Positions 62,986 through 64,000 of a stretch of 64,000 nt of DNA are shown piece by piece. The notes below the pieces were generated by a model. The model was not told the origin of the DNA. It made no database searches and saw only the letters and a program-made list of their open reading frames with translations. Origin of the DNA: Chloroflexota bacterium (GTDB lineage: Bacteria; Chloroflexota; Limnocylindria; Limnocylindrales; CSP1-4). The stretch spans positions 11,916-75,915 of the forward strand of contig JBBIIL010000004.1 in the NCBI GenBank assembly GCA_037446495.1, written 5' to 3'. Numbering within the stretch: the first letter of the stretch is position 1; each line of letters opens with the position of its first letter. Both the position numbers and the translations under genes were made by a program.

Positions 62986-64000
62986 ATGCGCCGCGACGCC
63001 ACGCGCCTCAAGACACGCGCCCTTGGTGCCGCGGTGGCCGCGCTCGTGCTGGCCGTCCTCGCGACCCCGCTCGCGCTCGCCGCCAGCCCGGAGCGCCTGG
63101 CCTCCCCCGTCACCGACGCAGCAGGCGTCCTGCCGACGGGCTCGGCAACCCAGATCCAAGCCGCGTTCGACCACGTCGCATCCGCCTCCGGCGTGCAGCC
63201 GTGGGTCTGGTACGTCAGCACCACGGGCGGCACCGACCCAGCAGCGTTCGCCACCGACACCGCCCGGGCCAGCGGGCTCGGCGATGCCGACATCCTGCTC
63301 GTGATCGCGATGACGGACCACGCCTACGGCTACTGGAAGGGAAAGGCCGTCCCCATCTCCGACAGCGACCTCACGTTGCTCCTGTCCCGCACCCTGCCGA
63401 CGAACCTGCGCGCGAACGCGCCGGACCGGGCGGCGCTCGACTTCGCGGACCAGCTGGCAGCCGCGCTTACAGCCACCCCGACGCCCGCGGAGGCCTCGCC
63501 CCCCCGCGCGACCGCCGGCCCCATCGCCACCCAGGCCCCGAACCCGGCGCCCGCAGGCGGCGACAGCACGGTGCCCACGCTGCTCGCGATCGCCGCCGTC
63601 GTCCTGGGCGCGGCCCTGGTCATGTGGTACCTCAGCACGCACCGCGAGGCGACCGGCAACGCTCCGGGTCCTCGGGGCGACGCCGGTGACGACCTCGCCC
63701 GCCTGTCCGCCAAGGATCTCGAGGCCCTCGCCAACAGCGTGCTCGTGCAGACCGACGACGCCGTCAACGACTCGGAGCAGGAGCTGGGGTTTGCCCAGGC
63801 GCAGTACGGCGACGAGGCGGCGGCGCCGTTCGCCGCGGCGCTCGACGGGGCCAGGGTCGATCTCAAGGGCGCGTTCGTCATCCGTCAGCAGCTCGACGAC
63901 GCCACGCCCGAGTCGGCAGCCCAGCGGCGCAAGATGCTCGAGCAGCTCGTCCGGGGCTGCCGGTCCGCCCAGCAGAAGCTTGACGCGCAGACGGCGCGCT
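62986..64000 (+). CDS. TPM-domain membrane protein, 3' end beyond the window
   Basis: This is not in the ORF track because there is no stop before the window edge. ATG 62986 opens a frame encoding a signal peptide (ALGAAVAALVLAVLATPLALAA) and a TPM-like start (VTDAAGVL). A TM helix (TLLAIAAVVLGAALVMWYL) and a helical cytoplasmic region follow. Confidence 0.65.
   Translation, partial: MRRDATRLKTRALGAAVAALVLAVLATPLALAASPERLASPVTDAAGVLPTGSATQIQAAFDHVASASGVQPWVWYVSTTGGTDPAAFATDTARASGLGDADILLVIAMTDHAYGYWKGKAVPISDSDLTLLLSRTLPTNLRANAPDRAALDFADQLAAALTATPTPAEASPPRATAGPIATQAPNPAPAGGDSTVPTLLAIAAVVLGAALVMWYLSTHREATGNAPGPRGDAGDDLARLSAKDLEALANSVLVQTDDAVNDSEQELGFAQAQYGDEAAAPFAAALDGARVDLKGAFVIRQQLDDATPESAAQRRKMLEQLVRGCRSAQQKLDAQTAR

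Noticed and set aside
61355-63304. A 649-aa plus-strand ORF and the 621-aa minus-strand ORF at 61428-63293.
   Set aside because: They are out-of-frame and antisense shadows of rarA and the TPM-domain gene. The rarA frame carries the AAA+ motifs.

Overview
The window is very GC-rich, about 70-75% by hand counts on sample lines, and almost entirely coding. I call 54 protein genes, two of them cut by the window edges, and one tRNA-Met. About 45 of the genes are on the minus strand. All assignments come from motifs read in the supplied translations; no database search was possible.

Gene content and order look like a core actinobacterial-type chromosome segment:
- aspS, hisS and rel
- a tight chain topA-xerC-murJ-femX-femX-murE-DUF2993
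- dprA and comM
- an NfeD/stomatin pair
- tyrA, trpB2, ppa, ftsH and murI
- ychF and rarA

I found no CRISPR array, IS element, prophage or rRNA.

Many longest-ORF calls in the track are over-extended. The real starts are marked by 4-nt GTGA/ATGA or 1-nt TGATG stop-start overlaps, by Shine-Dalgarno sites, or by TANNNT boxes 6-7 nt upstream that suggest leaderless transcripts. Long antisense or shadow ORFs of up to 1646 aa are GC-composition artefacts.

Nothing here is an unambiguous new system. The best candidates for a second look are:
1. A translationally coupled module: UvrD-type helicase fused to a Cas4/AddB-like nuclease, then an orphan beta-class DNA methyltransferase, then a HAD hydrolase (55281-60135).
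2. A stand-alone DnaB-C-terminal-domain ATPase in a locally lower-GC stretch (32614-33717).
3. Two orphan TadZ/CpaE-like receiver-ATPase proteins with reciprocal motif degeneration.
4. A 587-bp hisS-aspS spacer packed with hairpins built on a repeated octamer, plus a nested-stem element.
5. An ACGT-core operator at the merR promoter whose 14-mer recurs upstream of the agmatinase gene.
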